Source of the DNA: an uncultured Chloroflexia bacterium
Lineage (GTDB): Bacteria > Chloroflexota > Limnocylindria > QHBO01
Assembly: GCA_963825525.1 (NCBI GenBank)
Contig: CAWGTN010000002.1
Coordinates: 1,888,001 to 1,952,000, forward strand
Reading direction: 5' to 3'
Length of the DNA: 64,000 nucleotides
Notes under the pieces: generated by a model
The model's database searches: none
What the model saw: only the letters and a program-made list of their open reading frames with translations
What the model was told of the DNA's origin: nothing
Made by a program: the position numbers and the translations under genes
Shown here: piece after piece, positions 47,552 to 56,803 of the stretch
Position numbering within the stretch: the first letter of the stretch is position 1
Layout of the letters: each line of letters opens with the position of its first letter

Positions 47552-48121
47552 TCATTCGGCCTGGCTCTCGGCGCGCATCGCCGCCTTATGGGCTCGCTTC
47601 TTGGCCTGGTAGTCGGCCAGGGCCTGTGGCGAATCCACGTCGCCGAGGGTCGGGTGACCGGGCAGGACGGCATCGATGCCGGGCGGCCGCACCCCCAGCT
47701 GCTTCGCCAGCACCGCGGTCAGGGATCGCACCTTCATGTCGCCGAAGCCGGGCAGGGCCGCGATCCGACGCTGGAGGTCGCGCCCATCGCTGGCATCGGT
47801 CCACACCCGCGCAGCATCGCCGTCGTACGTCCCGGCAACGAACGCGGCCAGCTCCTGGACCCGGCGTGCCATGGCGGCGGGGAAGCGGTGGATGGCCGGT
47901 GGACCCTTGGCGGCTGCCATCAGCGCGGGCTCGTCGAGTTCGGCGAGCATCCGCGCATCCAGCGACCCGAGTCGCTCGAGAAGCACCTTCGGGCCGGAGA
48001 AGGCCTTCTGCACGGGCACCTGCTGGTCGAGGGCGAAGCCGATGAGCAATGCCATCGGCTGCTCCACCAGCAGCTGATCCGCTTTGTCGTCCCCGGTGAA
48101 ATGCAGGCGATCGGTCGTCAT
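47552..48121 (-). CDS. HhH-GPD family DNA glycosylase-like protein (TIGR03252-like)
   Basis: LDQQVP, KAFSGP, PAIHRFP, LPGFG HhH, DVDSP. Confidence 0.75.
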   Translation of the reverse strand: MTTDRLHFTGDDKADQLLVEQPMALLIGFALDQQVPVQKAFSGPKVLLERLGSLDARMLAELDEPALMAAAKGPPAIHRFPAAMARRVQELAAFVAGTYDGDAARVWTDASDGRDLQRRIAALPGFGDMKVRSLTAVLAKQLGVRPPGIDAVLPGHPTLGDVDSPQALADYQAKKRAHKAAMRAESQAE

Positions 48122-48241
48122 GCTCGCATCGTACAGCCGAGAACCGCCACGGGCTGGCACTCCAGGCGGCACCCGCAGATGCCGGCCACCCATCGCCGGC
48201 GCTAGGATGACGCCCTCGCGGCCTGCAGTACGGAGGAACGG

Positions 48242-49633
48242 ATGCGCACCCTCATCAAGGGCGGAACGATCGTCAACGCCGACGCCACGACCTCGGCGGA
48301 CGTGCTCGTGGACGGCGAGCGCATCGCGCTCATCGGCTCGGATCTCGAGGTCGAGGCCGACCGTACGGTGGACGCATCGGGCAAGTGGGTGATCCCGGGG
48401 GCAATCGACGTGCACACCCACATGGAGCTTCCATTCGGCGGGACCGCGGCCAAGGACACCTTTGAGACGGGCACGCGCGCGGCAGCGTTTGGCGGAACGA
48501 CGACGATCGTGGACTTCGCGGTCCAGGGCAAGGGGCAGTCGCTGCGCGAGGGTCTCGACGCGTGGCACGCCAAGGCCGAGGGCAACGCCTGCGTTGACTA
48601 CGGCTTCCACATGATCATGAGCGACGTCACGGACGACACCCTCGCCGAGATGGACACGTTGGTGGACGAGGGCGTGACCGACTTCAAGCTGTTCACCGCC
48701 TATCCGGGCGTCTTCTACAGCGATGACGGCGCGATCTTCCGCGCCATGCAGCAGACCGCCAGGAACGGCGGGCTCATCCTCATGCACGCCGAGAACGGCA
48801 TGGCGATCGACGTGGTGGCCGCCCAGAACGTTGACGCCGGCAACACCGACCCGTACTACCACGGGACGAGCCGGTCCCCGGTCATGGAGGGGGAGGCAAC
48901 GAACCGGGTAATCCGCCTGGCGCAAGTGGCCGGGGTGCCGGTGTACATCGTCCACCTCTCGGCCATCGAGGCGCTCAACGAGGTTCGTCGCGCACGCGAC
49001 GAGGGGCTGCCGGCCTACGCCGAGACCTGCCCGCAGTACCTGTTCCTGACGCTCGAGGACATGGGCAACGGCTTCGAGGGCGCGAAGTTCGTGTGCTCGC
49101 CCCCGCTTCGTCCGGCCGAGCACGCCGGCGAGCTGTGGAAGGGCCTGGCCAAGGACGACCTGCAGGTGGTGTCAACGGATCACTGCCCGTTCGACTTCCA
49201 CGGCCAGAAGGACCTCGGCAAGGGCGACTTCCGCAAGGTGCCGAACGGTCTTCCCGGCGTTGAGGATCGCGTCAATCTCCTGCACTCGGGTGGTGTGGTC
49301 GATGGCTACATGACGCCGAACCGCTGGGTCGAGGTCATCAGCGCCGCCCCGGCGCGCATGTTCGGACTCGAGGGGCGCAAGGGCGTGGTCGGAGTCGGCG
49401 CCGATGCCGACCTGGTGGTCTACGACCCGAACGCGAAGCACACCATCAGCGCCACGACCCACCACATGGACGTCGACTACTCGTGCTACGAGGGTCGCGA
49501 GGTCACGGGCAGGCCGGAGATCGTGCTGTCGCGCGGCAAGGTCATCGTCGACGGCGACGAGTGGCTCGGTGCCCGCGGAGACGGGAGATTCCTGAAGCGA
49601 GCGCCGACCGGGGAGCTGCTGAGCCGCACCTGA
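48242..49633 (+). CDS. hydA: Dihydropyrimidinase
   Basis: PGAIDVHTH, FKLFTAY, HAENG, ETCPQYL, CSPPLR, STDHCPF, PNGLPG. Confidence 0.92.
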   Translation: MRTLIKGGTIVNADATTSADVLVDGERIALIGSDLEVEADRTVDASGKWVIPGAIDVHTHMELPFGGTAAKDTFETGTRAAAFGGTTTIVDFAVQGKGQSLREGLDAWHAKAEGNACVDYGFHMIMSDVTDDTLAEMDTLVDEGVTDFKLFTAYPGVFYSDDGAIFRAMQQTARNGGLILMHAENGMAIDVVAAQNVDAGNTDPYYHGTSRSPVMEGEATNRVIRLAQVAGVPVYIVHLSAIEALNEVRRARDEGLPAYAETCPQYLFLTLEDMGNGFEGAKFVCSPPLRPAEHAGELWKGLAKDDLQVVSTDHCPFDFHGQKDLGKGDFRKVPNGLPGVEDRVNLLHSGGVVDGYMTPNRWVEVISAAPARMFGLEGRKGVVGVGADADLVVYDPNAKHTISATTHHMDVDYSCYEGREVTGRPEIVLSRGKVIVDGDEWLGARGDGRFLKRAPTGELLSRT

Positions 49634-49694
49634 TTGGGCGATTCGGTCTCGGCCGACTATCCTGCATCGGCCGCATATCTCATAGGAGACCACG

Positions 49695-50339
49695 TTGAAC
49701 CGCATTTCCATCCTGCTCGTCGCGCTGCTGGCGCTCGTCGTCAGCGCCTGTTCCGGCGGCGGAGCCAGCCCCTCGGCCAGCGGGGGTGACGTCATCAGCT
49801 CGCCAAGTCCCGAAGTGACCGAAACTCCTTCGCCGGAGCCATCAGACGACCCCTCGGGTTCGGATGTCGCCATGCCGTCAGGGTTCGACATCAACGGCGA
49901 CCCGGAGCTTGCCGCGCGCTTCCCGACGACGGTCGGAGGCGAGGCCGTGCAGGTCATCAGCTTCCGCGGCGACACGCTCATGGCCGGCGGTGACATCGAT
50001 CCGTCGTTCCAGGACTTCCTCGACTCCACCGGCGCCGAGCTGGAAGACGTCTCGGTTGCATTCGGCGGGACGGCCGACGGGTCGCTGTCGATGGCCGCCT
50101 TCCGCGTCCTCGGCGTGTCCGAGGACAAGCTCGAGGAGGAGTTCCTGAGCGCGAGCGAGGAAGCCGGTGATATCGAGGACGCGGAGCGCACGTCGGTCGG
50201 CGGCAAGGACGTCTGGAAGGCGGCCGACGGCACCGGCCAGGCGAGCGGATCGGTCTTTCTCTACGTGAAGGACGACACCGTCTACTTCCTCACCGGGACC
50301 GACGCGCAGGCTGCCGAGATCCTGGCGGCACTTCCGTAG
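49695..50339 (+). CDS. Acidic lipoprotein of unknown function
   Basis: GGAG SD plus TTG start; lipobox VSAC; Ser/Pro linker. Confidence 0.7.
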   Translation: MNRISILLVALLALVVSACSGGGASPSASGGDVISSPSPEVTETPSPEPSDDPSGSDVAMPSGFDINGDPELAARFPTTVGGEAVQVISFRGDTLMAGGDIDPSFQDFLDSTGAELEDVSVAFGGTADGSLSMAAFRVLGVSEDKLEEEFLSASEEAGDIEDAERTSVGGKDVWKAADGTGQASGSVFLYVKDDTVYFLTGTDAQAAEILAALP

Positions 50340-51217
50340 TGGCCGAAGGCGCTGCCGTCTTCCTCAACGAGGGGGCCGGCAGCGCGCGGACCGCGGCCGT
50401 GCGGCACGCGGTGCAGCTGGCGCGCCGTGCCCTCGACGCCGATCTCCACGTGGTCGCCACCCGTGATGTGGCCGAGCTGACCGGCTGGCTCGAGACGCGC
50501 ATCGGCGACTATCGAACGGCGGTCATCGCGGGAGGCGACGGCTCGCTCGGCGTCGCATACAACGTGGCCGCCGGTCGCGACAACCTGGTGCTGGGCTACC
50601 TTCCCGCCGGCTTCGGGAACGCGACACGTCACCTGCTGCGCCTGCCGTCGTCGCCCGACGAGCTCGTCGAGGTCCTGGTGCGGGGCGACGCCCGCCCCGT
50701 GGACCTCGTGTCGGTCGACGGACGGCTCGCCCTGTTTGCCGGGGCTGGATGGGACGCGTTGGTCGCCACCCGGTACGCGGATGCGGGAGCGAACCGGCTC
50801 CGCGGCTGGGCCGCCGCCGTGACGCGTTCCGTGCCCGACCTGTGGCGCCGGACGCCGGTCGAGGTGCGCGCCGATGGCTGGATCGTTCACCGAGGACCCA
50901 TCGAGCTGATCGTGGTCGGGACGACGCCGTTCTACGGTCGAGGCCTGCGGGTGAACCCGGGGGCGCGCCCCGACGCCGGACGCGTCGCGTTGCGCGTCTA
51001 CCCCGGTCCCGCGGGACGTCTTGCCGTGGAGGCAGCTCGCTGGGCGTTCCGGGTCACACCCGATGCGCCGCGGGTCGACGCAGGGCGGGTCGAGGTGCGG
51101 ACGCTCGACGGTTCGATACTCCCGGTCCAGGCCGACGGCGATGCCCTCGGATCACGGCCTTCGTGGACCTTCGAGATCCGCCCGCGCGCGGTCCGCATCA
51201 TCGGTCGCTGGGACTGA
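50339..51217 (+). CDS. Diacylglycerol kinase (YegS/DagK) family lipid kinase
   Basis: AGGDGS, LPAGFGN, GAGWD, QADGD. Confidence 0.82.
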   Translation: MAEGAAVFLNEGAGSARTAAVRHAVQLARRALDADLHVVATRDVAELTGWLETRIGDYRTAVIAGGDGSLGVAYNVAAGRDNLVLGYLPAGFGNATRHLLRLPSSPDELVEVLVRGDARPVDLVSVDGRLALFAGAGWDALVATRYADAGANRLRGWAAAVTRSVPDLWRRTPVEVRADGWIVHRGPIELIVVGTTPFYGRGLRVNPGARPDAGRVALRVYPGPAGRLAVEAARWAFRVTPDAPRVDAGRVEVRTLDGSILPVQADGDALGSRPSWTFEIRPRAVRIIGRWD

Positions 51218-52328
51218 GCCTCCGGACGGCGTCAAGCGCCGCGAATGCTGCGCGTCGCAGCCGCTGCGGGCCGGAGCCGTGAATGCGCAGCTCGCGCATC
51301 GGCATCGAGACCGCTCCGCTGAGTGACACCCGCACGCGGCTTCGGCCGCCCGCATCCTGCGGCAGCAGCGAGAGCTGGAGCACGGCGTCGGCCATCGGCG
51401 GGCCGCTTGCCGTGCCCATGTCGAGGACGCCCCCGACGTAGCGCGCCGATCCCTCGCCGTGCGGCGGGGCACTCAGGATCGACATGAGCGCCGCGTTCGT
51501 GTCCGACTCCCAGCTGGCCAGTGTCTCGACTCCCAGCTCGCCGAGCCTGCGCAGGGCAACGCTGGCGAGCTCATCATCGTCGGCGCCGTAGGCCGCATCA
51601 CCCAGCCGGTCCAGCGACTCGCGGATCGAGCCGTCCAGCCGTGTGGGCTCACCGCGGGTGGAGAATCGGGCGTGCACGCCATCGTCTCGTGCGTAGATGC
51701 CGGCTTCGACGCCTTCCGGCGGGTCGGTCAACAGCGTGCCCAGCCGTTCGGCCATGGCGGACTCGCCGATGCCGAAGGACTTCACGCTGCGGACGGCGAG
51801 TGGCGCATGCGGAAAGCGCGCAGCGAGCCTCGGACGCACCTCATCGACCCACATCAGGCGCATCTCGGATGGGACCCCGGGCATGAGGACCACGACCACC
51901 CCGTCGCGCTCCGCCCACCAGCCCGGCGCGGAGCCGATCGGGTTGGGGAGGGCCGTCGCCGAGCGGACGAGCATCGCCTGCTTGCGGTTGCTTTCGGGCA
52001 TGTCGCCCATGCCGCGGTATCGATCTCGAAGCGCCGCCAGCAGCGCCGGATCCTCGCGCATCGGCTCATCGAGCGCGTCGGAAACGGCCTCGCGCGAGAG
52101 GTCGTCGTGGGTTGGCCCCAGGCCGCCGGTCGCGAGCACCACCTGCGACCGCGCACGAGCCTCGATGAACGCATCACGCAGCAGCTCGCGCTGATCGGGG
52201 AGCATGCGTGCGCCGCGCAGTGGAAGGCCGATGGACGCCAGCTCGGCGCCCAGGAATGCCGCGTTGGTGTCGACGGTCTCCCCGAGCAGAAGCTCGGCGC
52301 CGATCGAGAGAAGCTCCACGTTCGTCAT
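51198..52328 (-). CDS. cinA: CinA-family protein with divergent C-terminal domain
   Basis: IGAELLLG..VDTN, TGGLGPTHDD, G.APG, MPGVPSEM; C-terminus lacks the clear ESCTGG motif. Confidence 0.75.
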   Translation of the reverse strand: MTNVELLSIGAELLLGETVDTNAAFLGAELASIGLPLRGARMLPDQRELLRDAFIEARARSQVVLATGGLGPTHDDLSREAVSDALDEPMREDPALLAALRDRYRGMGDMPESNRKQAMLVRSATALPNPIGSAPGWWAERDGVVVVLMPGVPSEMRLMWVDEVRPRLAARFPHAPLAVRSVKSFGIGESAMAERLGTLLTDPPEGVEAGIYARDDGVHARFSTRGEPTRLDGSIRESLDRLGDAAYGADDDELASVALRRLGELGVETLASWESDTNAALMSILSAPPHGEGSARYVGGVLDMGTASGPPMADAVLQLSLLPQDAGGRSRVRVSLSGAVSMPMRELRIHGSGPQRLRRAAFAALDAVRRLSPSDR

Positions 52329-52429
52329 CGGGATCGAGTGTAGGGCTAGACTGGTGGTCGCTGTTTCGAGCGTCATTCCGACCGATGCCAGGCCTGCGCA
52401 TCGGTCGTCCGATTTGCGAGAGGAGTTCC

Positions 52430-52876
52430 ATGAGCGATCCCGAGCTGTCGGTGGGCAGCGGCATGACCGACGATCTCCGCGCGTGGTTGGTCGATGGCCT
52501 GCGCTACCCAGTGCTGGCCGTGAACTCGGGCGACGGTCCGCCCAGCCAGTCGGTCATGTGGTTCGATGTCGACCCGAACGATCCCGACGTGATCCTGATG
52601 AACACCATGGTGCGCCGCCTGAAGTACCGCCAGCTGCTGGCGGATCCACGGGCCTCGCTGCTGTTCGAGGACGGGCTGTACTGGGTCTCGATGCGCGGCA
52701 CCGTGGAGCTCGATGCCGAGTTCCAGCCGGCCCTCGATCACATCATGGCCCTGGCTCGACGCTACAGCGCCAACCCGGACCGCTACATCGGCCAGGAGCG
52801 GGTCATCATCCGGATGCGAATCGAGAAGGTCATTCGCCACGATCTGCCAGCTGCGGCCATACAATCGCGAGCATGA
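52430..52876 (+). CDS. PPOX-class (split beta-barrel) probable F420-binding protein
   Basis: DGPP.QSVMW, K...L..DPR.SL, V.MRG, ERV..R; GAGGAG SD. Confidence 0.72.
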   Translation: MSDPELSVGSGMTDDLRAWLVDGLRYPVLAVNSGDGPPSQSVMWFDVDPNDPDVILMNTMVRRLKYRQLLADPRASLLFEDGLYWVSMRGTVELDAEFQPALDHIMALARRYSANPDRYIGQERVIIRMRIEKVIRHDLPAAAIQSRA

Positions 52877-54255
52877 TCACTTCGATCAATCCGGCGACCG
52901 AGGAGACCCTGGCCGAGTTCGAGCCGTGGTCTGAGTCTCAGGTGGACGCCGCCGTCGACGAGGTCGTCGCGGCACAGCACGCGTGGCGCGCCATGAGCGT
53001 CGAGCAACGATCCGTTCCGATGCGCCGCGCGGCGGAGCTGCTCCGCGAGCGCGCCGCCCGCTACGGGGCACTCATCACCGCCGAGATGGGAAAGCCCATC
53101 GTGGAGGCCGAGGCGGAGGTCAACAAGTGCGCGGTGGCGTGCGATCACTACGCCGAGAACGCCGCCGTCTACCTGGCTCACACGCCGGTCGTGACCGAGT
53201 CGCTCGACAGCTACGTCGCCTATGAGCCACTCGGCACGGTCCTGGCCATCATGCCGTGGAACTTCCCGTTCTGGCAGGTCTTCCGGGCTGGCGCTCCGAT
53301 CCTCATGGCCGGCAATGGCATCGTGCTCAAGCACGCATCCAACGTTCCGCAGTCGGCGCTGGCGTGCGAGGAGGTGTTCCGCGACGCGGGCTTCCCGGCC
53401 GGGCTGCTGCGCACGGTGCTGGTGGCAGGGTCGGACACCGAGCGGCTGGTCGACGACTCGCGGATTGCGGCCGTCACCCTGACCGGATCGTCGGAAGTCG
53501 GCGCCCGGATCGCCTCGCTCGCCGCCTCGCGTCTCAAGCCGCAGGTGCTCGAGCTGGGCGGCTCCGACCCGTTCATCGTGCTTGCCGATGCCGACCTCGG
53601 GTACGCCGCCCGGACCGCGGCGCGTGCCCGAAACCAGAACAGCGGCCAGAGCTGCATCGCGGCGAAACGCTTCATCGTGGTGGACTCGGTCGCCGACGAG
53701 TTCGCCAGCCTGTTCGCCGATGCCGTGCGTGGCATGCGCGTCGGCGATCCTACCTCGCGCGAGACGAACGTCGGTCCGCTGGCCCGCGGCGACCTGCGCG
53801 AGGCCCTCGAACGCCAGGTGGAGGAGTCCCGGCGACAGGGCGCACAGCCGCTCGTTGGCGGAGAGCGGGTGGACGGACGCGGCTACTTCTATGCCCCGAC
53901 CGTCCTCGATGGCGTGACCGACAGCATGCCGGCGTTCACCGAGGAAACCTTCGGCCCGGTAGCCGCCGTCATCAGGGCGCGTGACGTCGAGCATGCCGTC
54001 ACGCTGGCCAACGACAGCGAGTACGGACTCGGAGCGGCGGTGTGGACGCGCGACCTCGACGCGGCGAGGCAGATCGCCGGCCGCATCGAGGCAGGCTCGG
54101 TATTCGTCAACGGCCTGGTGGCCTCCGACCCGCGCATGCCGATGGGTGGCGTGAAGCGCAGCGGCTATGGTCGCGAGCTCGGGCAGCACGGGATCTGGGA
54201 GTTCACGAACATCCAGACCGTACGGATCGGCCCCGCGGAGGCGCCCGCGTCATAA
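52873..54255 (+). CDS. NAD(P)-dependent succinate-semialdehyde dehydrogenase-like ALDH
   Basis: SINPAT, MPWNFP, LTGS, ELGGSD, GQSCIA, EETFGP. Confidence 0.88.
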   Translation: MITSINPATEETLAEFEPWSESQVDAAVDEVVAAQHAWRAMSVEQRSVPMRRAAELLRERAARYGALITAEMGKPIVEAEAEVNKCAVACDHYAENAAVYLAHTPVVTESLDSYVAYEPLGTVLAIMPWNFPFWQVFRAGAPILMAGNGIVLKHASNVPQSALACEEVFRDAGFPAGLLRTVLVAGSDTERLVDDSRIAAVTLTGSSEVGARIASLAASRLKPQVLELGGSDPFIVLADADLGYAARTAARARNQNSGQSCIAAKRFIVVDSVADEFASLFADAVRGMRVGDPTSRETNVGPLARGDLREALERQVEESRRQGAQPLVGGERVDGRGYFYAPTVLDGVTDSMPAFTEETFGPVAAVIRARDVEHAVTLANDSEYGLGAAVWTRDLDAARQIAGRIEAGSVFVNGLVASDPRMPMGGVKRSGYGRELGQHGIWEFTNIQTVRIGPAEAPAS

Positions 54256-54272
54256 GCCCTACCATGGGCTGC

Positions 54273-55214
54273 ATGACGAACGCACCCATCAAATTTGGCG
54301 CCAACTGCTGGAACCAGTACTCGGACTGGGCTTCTCTCCGCGCCGCCGGCATCCGCGCCGACTCCCTTGGATTCGACTCGATCTGGACCTGGGACCACCT
54401 GTACCCGATCGTCGGCTCCCACGAAGGTCCGATCTTCGAGGGATGGCTGACGATCACCGCCTGGGCCGAGCGCACCGAGCACGCCACCGTCGGCCTGATG
54501 GTCGGAGCCAACACGTTCCGGAACCCGGCCATCGTGGCCAAGATGGCCACCACGCTCGACCACATCAGCGGCGGTCGTGCCGTGCTCGGCATCGGCGGCG
54601 CGTGGTTCGAGACCGAGCATCGCGCCTATGGACTGGAGTTCGGGGCCTCCCCCGGCGAGCGGCTGAAGTGGCTCAACGAGGCGGCGGGGATCATGCGCGG
54701 CATGCTCGATGGGGGACGTGGCTCTGGCGGCGACGTGTACGCGACGCACGAGGTCCGCAACGATCCGGCGCCGGTGCAGGATCGGATCCCTCTCCTCATC
54801 GGCGGCGGTGGCGAGCGCAAGACCCTCCGGATCGTGGCTCGCTACGCGGATGCATGCAACGTCGGCGGCGGGTTTGAGAACGTCAGGCGCAAGGACGAGA
54901 TCCTGCGGCGCCACTGCGACGAGGTCGGGCGCGACGAGTCTGAGATCGAGCGCACCACGGGCGTCGGCACCTGCATCATCCGCGACGATCCAGCCGAGGC
55001 ACAGCGCGTCTTCACCGAGATGTTCGCGCGCAACGGTGGAGCGACGCCATGGACGGACCAGCTGGTCGGAACGCCGGAGCAGGTGACGGACAAGCTGCGG
55101 CCGTTCCTCGGCATCGGGTTCCGGCACTTCATCGTCGGCTTCCCGAGCCCCTACGACGCCGAGTCGATGGAGCGGCTGATGACCGAGGTGAAGCCCGCCC
55201 TGGCGGCCGGCTGA
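54273..55214 (+). CDS. LLM-class probable F420-dependent oxidoreductase
   Basis: WTWDH, FRNPA.VAKMA.TLD.ISGGR, IGGGGE.KTL; directly upstream of the cof genes. Confidence 0.82.
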   Translation: MTNAPIKFGANCWNQYSDWASLRAAGIRADSLGFDSIWTWDHLYPIVGSHEGPIFEGWLTITAWAERTEHATVGLMVGANTFRNPAIVAKMATTLDHISGGRAVLGIGGAWFETEHRAYGLEFGASPGERLKWLNEAAGIMRGMLDGGRGSGGDVYATHEVRNDPAPVQDRIPLLIGGGGERKTLRIVARYADACNVGGGFENVRRKDEILRRHCDEVGRDESEIERTTGVGTCIIRDDPAEAQRVFTEMFARNGGATPWTDQLVGTPEQVTDKLRPFLGIGFRHFIVGFPSPYDAESMERLMTEVKPALAAG

Positions 55215-55230
55215 GCGTCGGGCCCGACCG

Positions 55231-56154
55231 ATGAGGATTGCGCTGCTGGCCGGCGGCACGGGCGGGGCGAAGCTCGCGCACGGGTTCGCCCTCCTTGCCG
55301 ATGCGGTCGAGCTCTCGATCATCGCCAACGTCGGAGATGACGCCGAAGTCCACGGACTGCATGTCAGCCCCGATCTCGATGCCATCGCGTACCACCTGGC
55401 CGGCCTTGCCGATGGCGACCAGGGCTGGGGCATCATCGGCGACACGCATGGTGCGCAGTCGATGTTCGAGCGACTCGGCGTCCCGACCTGGTTCTCGCTC
55501 GGAGACGCCGATCTGGCCACCAGCGTTGAGCGCACGCGTCGCCTGCAGCAGGGGGCGCGGCTGACCGAGGCAACGGCCGCGATCGCATCGGCCCTCGGTC
55601 TGGAATCCACGCTCCTGCCATCGAGCGATGATCGATACCGGACCACGCTTGTCACCGACGAGGGAGTGCTCGAGTTCCAGGAGTACTTCGTCCGTCGCCG
55701 TCAGCGGCCCGAAGTGCAATCCATCGAGATGGATGGAGGCGCCGCGGCCCGTCCCACGCCGGAGACGATGCGGGCCATCGAGCGGGCGGAGCGCATCGTG
55801 ATCGGGCCGTCGAACCCGCTCGTCAGCATCGGGCCGATGCTCGAGCTGGCGGGCATGCGGGAGGCGATTTCGGCGGCCAGCGCCCTGACGGTGGCCGTCA
55901 GCCCGATCATCGGCGGGGCGGCCTTGAAGGGTCCGGCCGACCGAATGCTGAGATCGATGGGCCACGAATCGAGTGCGCTCGGCGTTGCGCGGCTGTATGT
56001 CGGTCTCGTCGACCGCTTCGTGATCGACGAGGTCGACGAGGCCCTGGCGCCGCCGATCGAGGCGCTCGGCATGCGCGTCTCGGTGCTGCCGACGGTCATG
56101 CGATCGGACGCGGACCGGCGGACGCTGGCCGCCTCGATCCTGGCCGCGGATTGA
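55231..56154 (+). CDS. cofD: 2-phospho-L-lactate/PEP transferase (F420 biosynthesis)
   Basis: AGGTGGAK, NVGDD, SPDLD, WFSLGDAD, FQEYFV, PSNP.VSI, KGPA. Confidence 0.92.
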   Translation: MRIALLAGGTGGAKLAHGFALLADAVELSIIANVGDDAEVHGLHVSPDLDAIAYHLAGLADGDQGWGIIGDTHGAQSMFERLGVPTWFSLGDADLATSVERTRRLQQGARLTEATAAIASALGLESTLLPSSDDRYRTTLVTDEGVLEFQEYFVRRRQRPEVQSIEMDGGAAARPTPETMRAIERAERIVIGPSNPLVSIGPMLELAGMREAISAASALTVAVSPIIGGAALKGPADRMLRSMGHESSALGVARLYVGLVDRFVIDEVDEALAPPIEALGMRVSVLPTVMRSDADRRTLAASILAAD

Positions 56155-56205
56155 GCCCGGACGGACCGGGTCAGGCGATCGCGATATCCTCCACCGGTGA
56201 CATCC

Positions 56206-56803
56206 ATGCGGATCATCGTCCCGCACCGCGGCCTCGACGCGGCGAAGACGCGTCTCGCCCCGACGCTGACGCCGGAGGAGCGGGTCGATGCTGGCCAGCC
56301 AGCTCCTGCAGCGAGTTCTCAAGGTCGCGCGCGAGGTGTGCCCGGACGTGGTGGTGATCTCGCCGTCCCGTGCCCTGGCCGAGATCGTCGAGCCATCCGG
56401 CGCCCGTCTGGCCGTCCAGCGTGGAATGGGCCTCAACGAGGGACTTGAGCAGGCCCGATTCGAGGCGCTGGTCGATGATGTCGGTACGCTCGTCGTGCTG
56501 CACGGCGACCTGCCGAACCTGCGTCCCGCGGACGTGGAGGCGCTCCTCGCCGCGCTGCCGGATGGCGACGAGCCCGCGGTTTCGATCGCTCCCGATCGAG
56601 CCGGGACGGGGACGAACGGGCTGGTGCTGAGGCCGCCCGGCGTCATTCGCTTCCGCTTCGGCGTCGGCAGCTTTGCCGAACACCTCGTCGAGGTGGAGCG
56701 CGCCGGCGTGCCGCTCGTGGCCGTCAGTCGCGCCGGGCTCTCCTTCGATCTCGACACGCCCGATGACCTCACGCGCTGGCTCGAGCTCGGCGACGCGGCA
56801 TGA
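56206..56803 (+). CDS. cofC: 2-phospho-L-lactate/PEP guanylyltransferase, apparent +1 frameshift ~56286
   Basis: AKTRL in the 5' frame; GLN, GDLP, GTGTNGL, FG.GSF..H, DLDTPDDL in the 3' frame. Confidence 0.85.
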
